Origin: Chlorokybus atmophyticus
Lineage: Eukaryota > Plantae > Mesostigma and Chlorokybus algae
Assembly (NCBI GenBank): GCA_009103225.1
Contig: RHPI01002090.1
Span: 1,659,932-1,723,931, forward strand
Direction: 5' to 3'
Length of the DNA stretch: 64,000 bases
Made by a program: the position numbers and the translations under genes. This document shows, piece by piece, positions 12,822 through 26,697 of this stretch. The stretch's first letter is position 1; every line of letters begins with the position of its first letter. The notes under the pieces are model-generated. The model was given only the letters and a program-made list of their open reading frames with translations. It had not been told where the DNA came from and did not search any database.

Positions 12822-13459
12822 CCCATCTCATGCAAACAATTGTTGCGCAATCAAGCGCTAAGCAGGCCAGGCCAATTGAACTATTTTAGTAACAATGTAT
12901 ACATTAGTGTGCACAGGAAGGTACCCATCAAGGTAGCGTCCCTGGTTGGAGCCTTGTTTGTTGCAACGTGCAAGCTGTTTTGCTGCAGGTTGCAGGCTTC
13001 CTCCACCATGCTATACGCATAGCAGTCTGCAGTAGCTTCAGACTGCGCATAGTCTGTAAGAACAAATTGGTAGACATGCCGCTGTTCATGCAGCTTGGGC
13101 AATGTGAATTAGATAGTGCCCACACCACCACCACACTTCAAAGATTGACGGCAGCAACAGCAAGTCCACAAGGTGCAATGTGCATGACCACGCACTTCGC
13201 AGATCATGGCAACACACTCATCTGGCGCAGGAGGAACAAACATGCAAGGCATGCCATGGGAATGTTCCAGGCTATGAACTGCACATTGTTGTATTCTTCA
13301 CCATAATGAGTACATGCACGTGGTGAACGTGATGAAAACCAGGACCAGCATTGTCTACTAGCATACAAGGGTTCTAAGGGCTCTACGCTGCATCGGTCCG
13401 TCAACTGTACAAGATTGTAGTGCTACAGCACTTGAACCTGAGGGTCACCAACTGCCGCT

Positions 13460-14949
13460 CTACTCTACTGACATCAGCTCTGACTTGGGCTGCTTGTTCG
13501 TTCCAAGGACAGCATTCCGAAACTCCTTGCGAAATCTGAGACACAAGGACAACCGCATGAGCCACACAGAGTCAACACACGCACACGCTGGTTCTTCAAC
13601 CACGACTGGCAAGTGAATCCACACATGCACATGTCCGTCAACAAACTGGTTGACGCAGCACAGTGACTCACTTTGAGCTAAACACGAGCAGAAACGGCCA
13701 TGCCAGTGCAAGTTTGAGGCGCTCAGCTGCAGCATAAGCTGTCCTGTTGATGTGTTTAGCGAAGCGTATCGCAACAGCCGTGTAAAGCACAGCAGCTACC
13801 AACCCAAAGACTCCAAGCCAATCAGGTAGCATTTGCGCCTGCAAAAAAATATGAGACCAAGTTGAAGGACGCTGAGCGCACTCAGCACCAACAGCAATGC
13901 AGCACAGCTTGTTCCAGGTAATGCAGCCACAGCGAGCACATACTGCAACTGTTCGCATCAAGTGCTCGTGAACAGTTTTCATAACTCAGTGCACATGCTT
14001 GTATCAGAGCAATACCTGAGCCTGCGGGAATGGAGGGGGTGCAGGGCTTGCGCCAATCACTGTGATGCGCGTGTAGCTGTGAGAGTAGCTGTTGCGCCCG
14101 TAATGCGTCCTGTTATCCTCGTACTGCCAGCCTGCTCAACCCAACATCTCAAGCTGAGTACAGCTGCTTAAGTTTGTGACCCCTGTGCAAACATTAATAC
14201 AGGAGCGCATTGCGCACCTTTGTAAGGCCGTTCAAAGATGCGCTCGCGAGTGACTCGTGAAGACTGTCCCAAGTCTGTAGCAAAAGCGGTTGTACAATAC
14301 ATGACCAACAACAGCAAAAACGGTGATCCGTAAGCTCGAGAACCTAAACTAACGTAAGCCTAATGGAAGAATTGACAAGCATACCTTGTGGTGTTTGCGG
14401 CTCGCTGAAGCGCCTCACGTCAGGATAGAAACGATCCATGGGTTCGAAAGGGAACCGCATTGACCTCTCCATTTCATGCACCATTTCCAGCTGCCTTTGC
14501 ATCAGCCGTTCCATCTCCTGCAGGGCTAACGTGAGCAATTGCAACTTATAAACTGGTTGCACAAAGCGTCAAGCCGCACAACAATCGGCCTTATCAGCTC
14601 TTCGTTGGTTACATTAATGCTGCATGTCAGCGAAGCAACCGACACTTCATCCTGGTTGAGATATAACACACGCGCGGTTGAGACAACACTCAACTTGCAA
14701 CTTGTGCAACAAACACGCAGTGATACTTGCGACTCAACGCATGCAGCTTGCAAGTGGCACCTGGAATGGCTGATAGATGCTTTCAGCTCGGTCATAGGCG
14801 CTGCTGCTAGCGGCGTCAACCCGCAGCAAGCGCGGCTTGTGCACGACTCGCTTGAGCTCGGGACTCCTGTTACGCAAGGCAACCCTAGAAAAACCGCTGC
14901 CAGACGCCGCAGGCGCTCCCAACGCCGCCACCGCTGCCGCCGCCGCCAT
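13460..14949 (-). CDS. Uncharacterised plastid-targeted protein with C-terminal hydrophobic segments; 5 exons
   Basis: ATG 14949 begins MAAAAAVAALGAPAASGSGFSRVALR (transit-peptide-like). In-phase exons: EMERLMQRQLEMVHEMERSMRFPF..., GWQYEDNRTHYGRNSYSHSYTRITVIG..., MLPDWLGVFGLVAAVLYTAVAIRF...LALAWPFLLVFSS, KFRKEFRNAVLG...SVE*. All junctions are GT-AG. Confidence 0.72.
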
Positions 14950-15254
14950 CGCTAAACTTTCTAGACTACCAGTATGCCGACAGCACGCAGCATGCTGACG
15001 CAAACGACGAGCAACTGAACCGCCAGTATGCCGCAGCAGCGACAAACGAGATTTGCGCTCGGCAAAGTGGTTCAGTGAACCACTTGGATCGCAGTTCAGC
15101 CCTAACAAGCGCCTGCTGCTACGCGAGTTCACCCGCCAAGCGGCGGCGGCGGCGGCGGCGGTGGTGGTAGTAGCGTTTTGCGAAATCCTGTCGTTGTATA
15201 GCTTTGCGGCGTTTTGGCGTGACGAGGATTGTGTGTGTCACAGCTGCAGTTGGC

Positions 15255-18200
15255 ATGGGGGCTCCGCAAAGGAGCGCAGCTGCCCCGCCGCAGCCGCCGT
15301 CGGTGCATGAGGAGGAGGCTGCTTACATGGAGGAACCGGAACAGCTGTTTGGCGATGACGACAGGCAGGTGGACGTTATTGCTTCAACAAGGTCACGGTT
15401 GAGGAATTCGAGGTTGCCGGAGCACCAGCAGATGTGCGCGGTTGCGGATGCTATTGTGGAGGTGAGCTTGGATGGCACTGTGCTGTAAACAAGTGTTCAT
15501 GTCCCACTGAGAACCGAAGACAGCAGTCGAGTCGCATGCAATATCTGTTGGTATTTATGCTTCTTAAAGAATTTCTGTTAGAGTAATGCAGGTAACATAG
15601 CAGCAGGTTGCTTGCATGTGACACTGTTCTTCAACGCTGTTCGTCTCCCCCCCCCCCCCCCCCNCCCCCCCCCCCCCCCCCCCCCCCCTTTCCGCACACA
15701 CACCACAGCCTTCACACTTTTTGCGTTTTGCGAGTGAAACCCATTGTTACATTCGTCTACTTGACGCTGCACGCTAGCACACAACGCTTGTTTTTATCAA
15801 AGCTAGCTCGTGGACGTGACTTGCATGGCACATTCTCTACTTGCAGGTTGTGGTCAATGCAGCAATTGTTGTACACGCTTGCCAAGCATGCTTCCTGGCA
15901 TGGAGTGCTACTGTTATGCCGTCATGGTTGCATGACCTTGGGTTCACTTTGCACACAGGTCATACAGGAGCAGGGACTTTCACTTAGCCCAACATCGTAC
16001 TTTGCCGCCTTGATGATGACACTGGACAAACGGCACGACCCAGGCAGTCAGGTGAGAGGTTGTTAGCATGCATGGCGATTGTATGGATATCTGTCTTTCA
16101 GCATTGGGGGGCTTGATACTCACCTAATATGGCAGGATGCTGTTGCGGCGTCGACCAGGCTGCTTGCATTGGTTCTAGCACGCGTGCCACCTGCGGTGCT
16201 GCGCTCCAAACAAACTTTGGTGCTGCCGATTCTGAATGAACTTTCGGGTTCAGAGGACGCGGGGACTGCGAGGGCTGCTATTGCCTGTGTGCAGGTGCGT
16301 GTCTGTGCGTGAGGAGCGCTTGCTTGCTGCTGCTGTCTGTCACCAGCAACTTACCAATGCTTTGCCGTGTGCAGCATGTGCTCAAAACATCTGAGTCAAC
16401 AGATTTCAGTGGTGCGTTGCGGTCATATGGTTTGTTGTTGCAACACTGCTTGGATGCAAGGCCCAAGGTAAGCACGCGTGCTGTCAGTAACAATGATGTT
16501 GACAGCTATTCTTCATGGCAAGGCCGACGACGCATGCATGTTGGGCAGGTGAGAAAGCGAGCGCTAGCAGGAGCCGTTGCAGTGTTGGAGTCTGTTCGTC
16601 GCACACCTGCGCAAGCATCTGCCAGCACCCCTGTTGTGAAGCTTAGCGAGCGCGTGTTCAGCGCAGCAATGGCTGCAGCACGCGGCTCACAGAAGGAGCA
16701 ACCCACGGCAGGTGTGTGTGTGGTTGTCGGCTGTGAAACCGGTTTCTCCGCTGCATGGTGTTCACACCCGGTACTCAGGTGTGGATGCCCTGCACTTGCT
16801 CGGTGCATTGAAGCAACTGCTTCCTATGCTATCGGCGAGTGCGATAACAAGTGTCAGCGAGCAGCTGCTGAAGCTGTATGCCATCGGGCATCCCATGTTG
16901 ACGCGCTGCATCTCCGACACTCTGCAGGGTCTTTTTGCCAGTCAGTTTGCAGAGCTGCCGGCTCCGGTTCTTGCCAACCTGCTCTCGGCCGCCCTTGACA
17001 ATGACAAGTCGGATGCTGCGGCCGCAATCGCTTCAGCCCGTCTTGCCCAACACGGGTTTTCTCGCTTGCAGTTGCTCGACCCCACTTTATGCATGGAGCG
17101 CATGCCACGCGCCTTCCACAGTCTGATAGGTGCCGTGCAACTTAGTGTGAGCGTCAAACACATGCATTACTAGTGTACTGACGTCTGCATCTCCCAGGCA
17201 ATTTGTTGCTGGACAGTCAAGAGGCAGCGCATGCCACGGCTGAATGTTTGCGCGAGCTGGCTCAGTGTATAGATAGCGATGCTGTGAGGTCCAGTGGCTT
17301 TCCTGGTGACAAGACGTCAAAGAAGCCAACGCCATTGCACAGCATCGGCGCTTGTCTGGAGTCCGCTCTAGGCTATCAGTATGCCGCGGCCTGGGATCTT
17401 GTTTTGCCAATCATAGCACGACTATTCTTACAGGTGTGAGTTACATGTTTCTGCTCTGGTGTATGTTAAATTGTTTCACAACAGCGTTGATACCTGTGGC
17501 CTCTGCCAGGTGGGTTCTGCCGGTCAATCGGCCCTCTCTGGCGTGCTGGTGGCTATGGCTGAGCTGCAGGTATGCTGCTGGCGTCTGTTTTAGGAAGCAA
17601 GTGCAACACTTGTAGAAACAAGCAGTATTGTGACTGTGCTGCATGTTGTATCGGTCCACTGCGTTTGATCACTCAGTCTTGCACTGCCTGATGAAGGATG
17701 TGTTGCATCAGGAGTTACCAGATGAGGATATGCCAATGCGAAAGCAACTACACGGTGCCTTCGCTGCCGCCATCAAGGGCATGGGCCCAGAGGCTGTGAT
17801 TGGAGCAGTGCCATTACAGTTGGATGGTGAAGACCTGTCGCAGGCAAGGGTGTGGCTACTGCCGCTGCTTAAGCAGCACACCTCCCGTGCGCACTTGCAG
17901 TACTTCGCGTCAAGGTTGGTGCCTGTAGTCAAAGCTCTCGAGCGACGGGCGCAGCAGCGCAACAGCGAGAACAGACCTGTGGCAGCCAAAGCACAGCTGG
18001 CAGTTGCATCGCAGATCTGGCACCTGTTTCCCGCATTTTGCAACCACCCGCGGGACATGCCTGTCGCATTCCAGGGCATCGCGCAGGGTCTCGGTTGGAC
18101 CCTTCAGAATCAACCAGAGCATCAATCTGCGGTCATGGCGGGCTTGACGACACTCATTCGTCAAAACAGGGCTGCTCGTGGTGATAAAGACGCAGTGGAA

Positions 18201-21098
18201 GCCGAGCAGGCACGCGGTGGTGGTGAAGTAGATGCTGAAGACACAACCATGGAAGGATATCCGACAGCGCAAGAAGCAGAACAGAACATTACAGCCATCG
18301 CCTCTTTCTCCAAGAATTTCCTTCCAATCCTGTTCAATATATTCGTGTCGCTGCCACCTGAAGGACAAGAGGAGGTGCAGGCTTTGATTGCTGAGATGGC
18401 AGCCATCACACCTGCCGACCAGCTGTCGGGATTCTTCAGAACTGTTATGAAGAAGCTGCTTCAGGCTGCTTCGGAAGACAACACTGAGCATGGCATGGAA
18501 GTTGACGGCAAGAGTAGTAAACCAAGCACCGTTCGCGCCAACATGATGGCGCTCGCCACAGCATTGGCGTGTGGACTTGATAAGGAGTGTACTGACATGC
18601 TCTACACAGCAGGTTGGGATACATCGTGTTTCCTTGCTGTCCTGCTGGCATCTTATGTTACTGGACTTTATGCATTATTTCATGGTTGTGCGCAGCAAAG
18701 CCTTGCGTTCAAGATGCAGACGCTGTCGTGCAGAAAAAGGCTTACAAGCTGCTAGCTCACCTTTGTTCAATCCGCAAGGATTTTGTGGACACACATGCAC
18801 AGGTGAGCTTGTGCCCATAGAAATTCGCTTGCATTGTCAGTGCACAATTGTTGAACTTTTGCTACGAACAGGACATGTTGGAGCTGTTGCTGGCGGCGCT
18901 GCCACAGCTTAGCAGTCCTTCCAAGCGCCACCGCCTTCTGTGTTTCCGGCCGCTGATTGTGAAGCTTGCAGCTATGCAAGATCAGGGCGCGAGAAGCGAA
19001 CACCTTGCAGCTCTCGTCACAGAGATCATTCTCGCCACGAAGGAGAGTTCCAAAAAGACTCGGAATGCTGCGTACGAACTCCTTGTACAGCTTGCACGCG
19101 ATCTGGGAGGAGCAGCTGAGGACTCGTTGCCCGATCACGGTAACCATACCAGCCATGATTGGCTTAGTTTGTCTTTGCTTTGGTTTCAAGTAACAGAAAG
19201 ATGTCAAGGAGAACATCCACAATCTGATGACAGGGCATATGTGTTGACTGTCGGAACATTTTGACAGGCCTGACCCATTTCTTCACTATGGTGTGTGCGG
19301 GTCTGGCGGGCTCCACGCCGCACATGGTGAGTGCGACGCTTCTGGCGCTGGCGCGCCTTCTCTTCGAGTTTCCTGCGGCCCTCACTGGCGCGATCCCCGA
19401 GCTCCTCCCATCTGCGCTTCTCCTCCTGAGAACGCGCTCCCGCGAGACCATCAAGGCTGCCCTCGGCTTCGTGAAAGTCGTCGTCGCAAAGTTGACTGCG
19501 GAGGAGCTCGCGCCGCAGCTGAGGAGCATGGTCGAAGGTTTACTTCTGTGGAGTGGCGACACCAAAAATAAGTTCAAGTTGAAGGTCAGCAGAACGAGCC
19601 CTTCAATGGTGGATGAAGTTGTATTGTGATGTGATATGTGATATTGAGTCTGTCAACCATGTGGCTGATCGCGCTCGTGCTCATACACAACGTGCATATG
19701 TGCCTATACCTGCATGGTGCAGAGTTAACAGCATGTCCATCTGGTATTCGCAGGTACGAGTCATCTTGGAACGCCTGGTAAGGAAGAGTGGGTATGACGC
19801 GGTTGCAGCGGTTATACCATCGTCGGACGTGAAGCTGCTGGCGCACATCCGGCGCATGCGAGATCGGGAGCTCAAGAAGAAACGGCTGCGCAGCGAGCGA
19901 GGGGACAAGTCGACCGTTATGAGCGCTGTATCCACCCGCATTGATGCTGCAAGCATTGGGAGCAAGTGGCGTCATGAAGACGTGTTTTCGGACGATGAGG
20001 ATGACGACCGACCAACAACTTCCGCTCACACTGCACGCACACCAGCAGCATCCACCATCAAGTAAGCAGTAGCATGCGTGCGGACCGAGCAGGCAAAGTT
20101 GTCCACATGTTTGGTAGCATCAACAAGCATCTTCCATTATTTGCGCAAGTCCACGTCTGTAAAAGTTATCACTTTCTGGTGAAGTTGGGATGCAAGTGAC
20201 ATTGATGCAAGTATGTTGGTTATAATGAGGTTCGTGTCCAGATCACGTCGGCGTTTGAGGACACGGTTACCAGAGGACTACCAGGATGGTGATGAGGGCG
20301 ACGCTTTGGATCTTCTGGATGCGAGAAAGACCCGGAAGGCGTTGACAGGGTTCCCTGCGCGGCAAGCCAAGAAACACGATAGCGATGATGAGCTGGCCAC
20401 TGCGCCAGACGGACGGCTGGTGGTCAATCGAGAAGAAGATGAACGCAGAGATGCCTGGAAGAACAAGAGGAAGCAGGCTGACATAGGAGAGCTTGAGAAG
20501 GTAGCCAGGGTGTTTTGGCATGTACACCACGCAGAGCCACAGTACGCTACATAGTGTGCTTATTCTGAGCCTTGTCAGGAGGTGCTTGACATGGAGCTGG
20601 GGGATGATGATGACGGCAGCGAAGGAGGTGCATCAAGAAGAAGCCGCAAGATGCGCAAGACAGGCAGTGTGCAGGCTCCGCGGAGCGGTCAGAAGGGCGG
20701 TAAAATGGGCGTTCAGAAGGTATCAGTCATTGCTTTCATCGTGGTTGCCATTTGGCGTACATTGTCCACTGACAGCTGACTTCATGTGTTGGCAGGGTCT
20801 TACGCAAGCGGGAGAAGAATATAGGCCAAGGAAGAAGGGCACCGGCGGGGATAGTCTCGCAGGCAAGGGTGGCAAGGTGGAGCCGTACGCCTACTGGCCT
20901 CTCGACCGCAAGATGCTCAACCGCCGCGACGCAAAGAAACGCGAAGCTACACGCGGGTTGTCATCCGTTGTCAAGTCCACCAAGGGTGCACGCAGGCAAA
21001 AGATTGTTGGCGCTGCTGGGGCTGGGAAGTACAAGGGTGGCGTTTCCAAGAAGCCCAAGTTGCACAAGGGCAAGGGCAAGGGCCAAGGCAAAAGGTAG
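15255..21098 (+). CDS. RRP12: RRP12-like ribosome biogenesis/export HEAT-repeat protein (NUC173 domain)
   Basis: MGPEAVIGAVPL...WLLPLLKQ; QIWHLFPAFCNHPRD; FSKNFLPILFN; EIILATKE..KKTRNAAY; GLAGSTPHMVSATLLALARLLFEF; LLLLRTRSRETIKAALGFVKV; KVRVILERLVRKSG; DGRLVV; GGKVEPYAYWPLDRKMLNRR; basic tail with stop at 21098. Confidence 0.92.
15647..15688 (+). repeat. Poly-C run (42 nt, one N) in RRP12 intron 1
   Basis: Directly visible homopolymer. Confidence 0.95.
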
Positions 21099-22267
21099 TC
21101 AGGTAGGTGCAGTTGCCTACCTGCCTATGCTTGAGTTACTGCAAGCTGCCGTCATGGGGTGCCGAGGTGTACTGCTGTGTTGCTGGGCTGGCTGCACATG
21201 TGCGTGTGCAGCCAGCACAGGCCAATTGGGCTGGATACGGGCATCTCAATTCGTCAATTGTAGGTTGGCGTCTCGTGTCTGCTCAAGATACCGACAGCGT
21301 GTTGTAAATAGAACGGCAACAGCGAAATACCTTGCCACTTGTCTGCCATCAAATGTCGCATGCTAGTTGCCGCACAGTGATTGCTGGTACCAAGGGTTTG
21401 AGGGTTTGAGTAGCAGTCATTTATAAGTTGTGCATTCATGTGTGGTGGCCCATCTGTACCTGTGCATGTGTACAGCTGGATCTGTTTGTCACAAATGCCA
21501 TGATTGCGTGCGCTCCAGCTGTTATCACCTCACTCTCCAGCGCTCCCTCAATACGACCCTTGCACCACTGTTGCATGACATCAGCGTCCTATATTTTATA
21601 CACACCATCACAAATCGTAGTCATGCATTTGATAAACATGGGCTGGCCCCAAGCCCCTGACAAAACAGAGTGCATATACAATATCACCATATGTTGGCAT
21701 GCTTGTTGCAGCTCGCACAGTCCAGATCCCCACCTGATTACGTAATGCTGCAGTGAGCTAGTTGCCAATGGAGCAACTGCTCAACGCAGCTGCTAGTCCT
21801 TGTAAAGCGCTAGGGTATGCAGCAGTATGTCGTGCAGTCTAGCTTATATTCCTGCGGTACTTGTCCGATCAGTCTTGGAACAGGCTCTTCAATACGACTT
21901 CATTTTTGCCACAGTGTATGCTACTTGATCAGCATTACATAGGCAAAGAACGTACATGTCCCACTAAGGCCTGTGCCACATGAAGCAGCCTGGTTGGTGA
22001 CAACGATCGTGAAGCTGAATCTGAGGCAATTACAATGTGCATAGACCATCCGCATAAACGCTCACAGCGCTCACTGACCCAATCACAAACCAGCGGCAGC
22101 AAGAATTATATCACTGCACACTGGCTAAGCTATACAAACAATAACAAAAGGCCGCTAAGTGCAATGTAAGTTGTGGTGTGCTGCACTCGTAGAGGTGCAT
22201 GTGTGCTTCCATATGTGCAGATGGCACTCATGTTTCGTGTATGGTGTAAGTGAGGAGAAAGTCCCAG

Positions 22268-24414
22268 TCACTCACCCACAGACACCTCAACATCGCAGCG
22301 TTCCTCTAGGCTAAATGCATCGCTGTGAAACCGGATCAATTCCAATGTCGCCTCATAGCCCAAACTTAGCAACTGCGCAGCCCTTTGTTGCATGTGCAAC
22401 CGCGAGCCGGCGGCAAGATGGGGCGCAAGGGAAAACACCTCAGCCACAGTGGCAGCATCGCCATCACGCAATTGCAGTAAGCAAGCTATGAATTGAGGCG
22501 GGAAGGCCGCGCCAATGATGTTATTGGCCATGTGGCACCGATAGTCTAATGTCCTTAGCGGCGAGACCACACCTTGGTAAGGCCGGTTGAGTATCTTGTG
22601 CCAATACTTGGAACCCGTGACAAAGATTGAGTCCGGTTGAGGAAAGAACGACAGCTCCGAGTCAATGAGGTTGAAGTTCCCGTCTTCAAGAAACATGACG
22701 CCACCACCATTGCGGTCTTTGACTCCTATCAATAGGTCGTAGAGCGCCGCATCGCGCACGAGAGTCGAGTTTACACGCTTGAACAAGCCCTTCACCTTCT
22801 CCCAGTTCAGACTGTCCAGCCGACACGTCTGCTCGCTGAAACACCTGTGCTGAAACACCGTCCCCGCAATGCTGTTAGGGATGTACTCCACGATGATCGC
22901 CGTCTCATTGTGCAACCTCACGCCTATGCATCAGCGCAAGGAGGACACACTGGTCACTCACAACGCTCGCAGGTCGAAGAGTGCACGTGCGCCCGCATGT
23001 GCGCGTGCGTGTGTGTGTGTAGAGAGACAATACTGTACTCGGTGTTTGTATACCAGTGTGTAATCAATTGCAAGCAGTCAATACCTGTGCCGGGCAGTAT
23101 GGCGTCTAGTCTGGCCACCCAGTGTCTGGGTTCCAGATGGGACAGCCCGCAGGTGGACGCTGTCGCAGCCCGCGTCGCATACAAAGGCAGCAAGTCATTT
23201 GCAAACTTGAACTTTGCCAGATACTGCCTGCCTGCTTGCATCCCGGGCAGCATGTGGCCTGGCCGGAAGGACACAAAGTATATGCGCCTGCCGTCATTGC
23301 CTGGGCCCTACGCACATGGCCAACACTTACCACAAGGAGAACCTGGATAATGAAGGTATGCAAGCTAACATGTGCACACCCTCAGCAATCATTATGGCTA
23401 CAATGGATTTTTGATTGCAAATGTGGAGCCAACAGGATATGGTTCAATGTGCAGTTAGATGTGGCCATGCATTGAAAGTATGCAATCTCTTTTATGAGAA
23501 GAGCGGTACCTGTGTCATCTCCGTGCCGAGGATTCGAGAAGTGGCGATGAAGCGTGACAGGGCCGCATTGCAGTCCGGGCACGCCACGCTGTGTCACAAT
23601 CAGGTGTGTTGAAACCTACTACAGGTCAGACACCTAATCAAGCACTGGGTAATCTCTCAGGTGTGTATCGTCACCATCCAACAACCGGCAAATTGGTCAA
23701 GCAGATCAAGCACAATGCGCAAGTGCTACCTCTGACATGGCAGGCGGCTCAGCTCTGCGGGAGTCATGCGGTTGATCCACTTTGCATGCGTTGTGCCCGT
23801 CACTCCCTCCCACTCCGCTAGGCTCATCTCGCGGCACAGCGTGTCGTGAGAGGCGGACTCGCCAACAATGGGCTTTGAAGGTGTGGATGCAGCATGCATG
23901 TTGGACACGGGTGCCACAGCCCGTGATGACGTTGGTTGGAACTTAGCCTGTGTTTGGCATGCCAGTACTGAGCCATTGCACGTGTTACCAAGCGTAAAAC
24001 GCATACGATCGAGCAAAGATCCCAATGAGCGCTACAACAACAGATTGCAATTGCCAATGCGAAGCATGTCAGCAGCTATAACAAGAGTATTGCAATTGCG
24101 AAGCACGTCAGCAAGCACCAGAAGTACAATCGCTGAACTGGAAGCAGACAGCAACAAAAGCCTAGACCTAAGGTTGGACCCGCGTGCAGAAGCAAGTAAG
24201 CGTGCATATGGCTTTCCTGCAACAATCCGCATGTAGTACTTACGTATGGCTGTATGCCGCTGGTGTCATCGACTTCTTTTGTCGTGGCGACAATGCGAGC
24301 ATCGTAGCGTAACCGCACGCTCGTCAAGGCCGCCAGGCTGATTACCGCCGCCAGCAGGAACAACCGCACTCGGCCCACCAGCCCCATCCCCGCGCCCACG
24401 CGCATGCCTTGCAT
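22268..24414 (-). CDS. Type II membrane protein with an atypical kinase-like C-terminal domain (FAM20/PI4K-II-like); multi-exon
   Basis: Signal anchor VRLFLLAAVISLAALTSV near the N-terminus. Internal exons include YLAKFKFAND...TCGLSHLEP. The large last exon has IIVEYIPN (hinge-like), YDLLIGVKDRNGGG and NLIDSELSF. Junction LPGT|GVRLHNET is in phase. The start codon and small internal exons are uncertain. Confidence 0.6.
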
Positions 24415-25242
24415 GATGAAGATCACGCACACGCCGCCGCCGCATGCTGCTTGTGCATTACAGTCCGCTGCCTGAGCCGAGGTGAACTGGCCTGGCCTAA
24501 GCAAGGCTAAAGCCGGCGGTGTAGTGAGCTTGGCCTGGCCTAGCCCGCGCCTACTCAAAGTAACTCACTCTCCTGCCTGAAGCAGGCCGCCTCTACCAGC
24601 ATTAAAGCCTCGGCCTGCTCCGCCGGCGACACACCCAGGACGACACAACTCCCTTGACCCGGCTACAATGAGGCGGAGTGAACGTCGTCGCCGTCGTCCA
24701 AGCGGGCGCTGCGGCAGTGCCATAGCGCCCATCGATGCACGTTCGTGCGGTGCGCTGTTTCACTTGCACAGGCTGATGCCATGCGTCTTGTGTGGTGAAA
24801 GTATGGTGCCTTATGCGTGCATCGTAGCACAATACCTGTGTAACATGATTAAATACCATGTAGTATCTGTATTGGCATCGAACAATATCAATTACTTGTA
24901 GCTTGATACCTGTGCGACACAGTTTTGAAAGAGTCTGGGGATCCACCATAAAACACTTTATGTCAAGCGCACAAAAAAACATCCACATCACGACACTTGA
25001 TTCACCCAACACCATTAATACATCTAGCCTGGAGAGCCTGTAGGGCCAACAGGGGCGCTACTCTACTCTACTCTACTCTGCGTGAATGCAAGTGCTTGAG
25101 CAGGCAGAAGGGATCAACGGGCGTCATCTGTAGCAGAGCAGAAGGTTAGCGTGGTGATTTATGTGATAGACGTAATGGATGTGATAGACGTAATGACGTT
25201 ATGGACGTGTGTGTACTGCGTGTGCCACGCTGTGCGTGCGGT

Positions 25243-25277
25243 CCCCCCCACCCCCACCCCCACCCCCACCCCCCACC
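25243..25277 (+). repeat. (CCCCCA)n tract, G-quadruplex-prone on the minus strand
   Basis: Directly visible tandem of about 5-6 units. Confidence 0.85.
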
Positions 25278-26697
25278 AACTCCCCCGTGTTGCCCGCTCA
25301 TTTATACAGTATGCTACTCACATTTCTTGCATTCAGTATGGGATACCACATACGCACTGTGCTACTATAATTATCCAAGTAGTCGTATATAGCACTTTGA
25401 ACAAGTCGTTCATATAATTCTTACCAACAACAGCAATGTGTACAATAGCGCAGAGACACATTGACAATGTGATTGATTTGTACTTGTTATGATATACTTG
25501 CATACGAATTGTAATAATATGCTTCTGATTCAAAATCAAGCACACTGTTCAACTGCAAGCCTCTTATAGCATGACCTCAACATCAACACAATGTGGCTAA
25601 CTATAGCGGCTCTAGCAACCGTTAGCGGATGCAATAATGCGGAAGTGGAGTCGTTTGGGTAGGTAGCATGTTGGTGTTATTTAGGTAAAAGCAAACCAGA
25701 TCATGGCGGTGTGCTGAGCTCCTTAGTAGCACGTGTGGCGGTTGCAAAGCACCATTCCAACAATATCACCTCATATGCTACGCAGCGCCACATGCGAGCA
25801 AGTGACTAGCAGGGGCAATTGCTTATCGCTGCTTGTGCATTTTTATATACATTGTTTATGTATATTGTGTTTTTGAGGCGGTATAAAGTAATTATCAAGC
25901 AAATATATTGTGATTATATAAACATCAGATCTGCATGTTGTTATTGCGTCATGTGACGCGATTCTTTGTAAACAGCATTAACATGTCAACCATAATATTG
26001 ATTACACATACTGCAAGGCTATATATATAACCATGCCCTCCATATGTAAGACCAACATGTATATCATTCATTCTGTTTTACGTTGCAGTCAACGGATGTC
26101 AACTATACATATAACTGCAACAGTTATTATTATATATACGCACAAAAAGGGAAATACAAGTGTAGGTGGAAGGAGAGGGGGTGCTACCTCCTCCTTTCAT
26201 TCCCCTACCCCAACCCCACCTCCAGCCACGCCGTCCTTACCGCCGCCGCGAGGGGCAATTGCCGGAGCAGAAGATTCTTTGGCTATGGCTGCTGCTGCGT
26301 TAGCAGTGCCGCCATACAGCTGATGTCGATATGAGATTCATGTCTCATGTGGATATCAGTATTGTAGATAAGTAACACTACATTAGGGCCTTAACACTAG
26401 GTCAACGGCCTTGATACGGCTTAATTAGCTATATATATACCCGTTGAGACCCTTATGTAATCTGAATTAAGGGCGGGGAACCTCCATAGAGGTAGCACTC
26501 CGTTACAGTAGAACACAATGTGCACCAAACACACATGCACAGCAAGCACACTGAGGCACACAATGATAGACATAACAGTGTATGCAGCAAGAGCGATAGC
26601 GATGATTACAGCAACAACAATGATGGGCTGCCCCGGGCCCCTACAAACGATAACCAAGACAAACAAATTAAGACAAGCAAACACGCGCATGTAAGTT

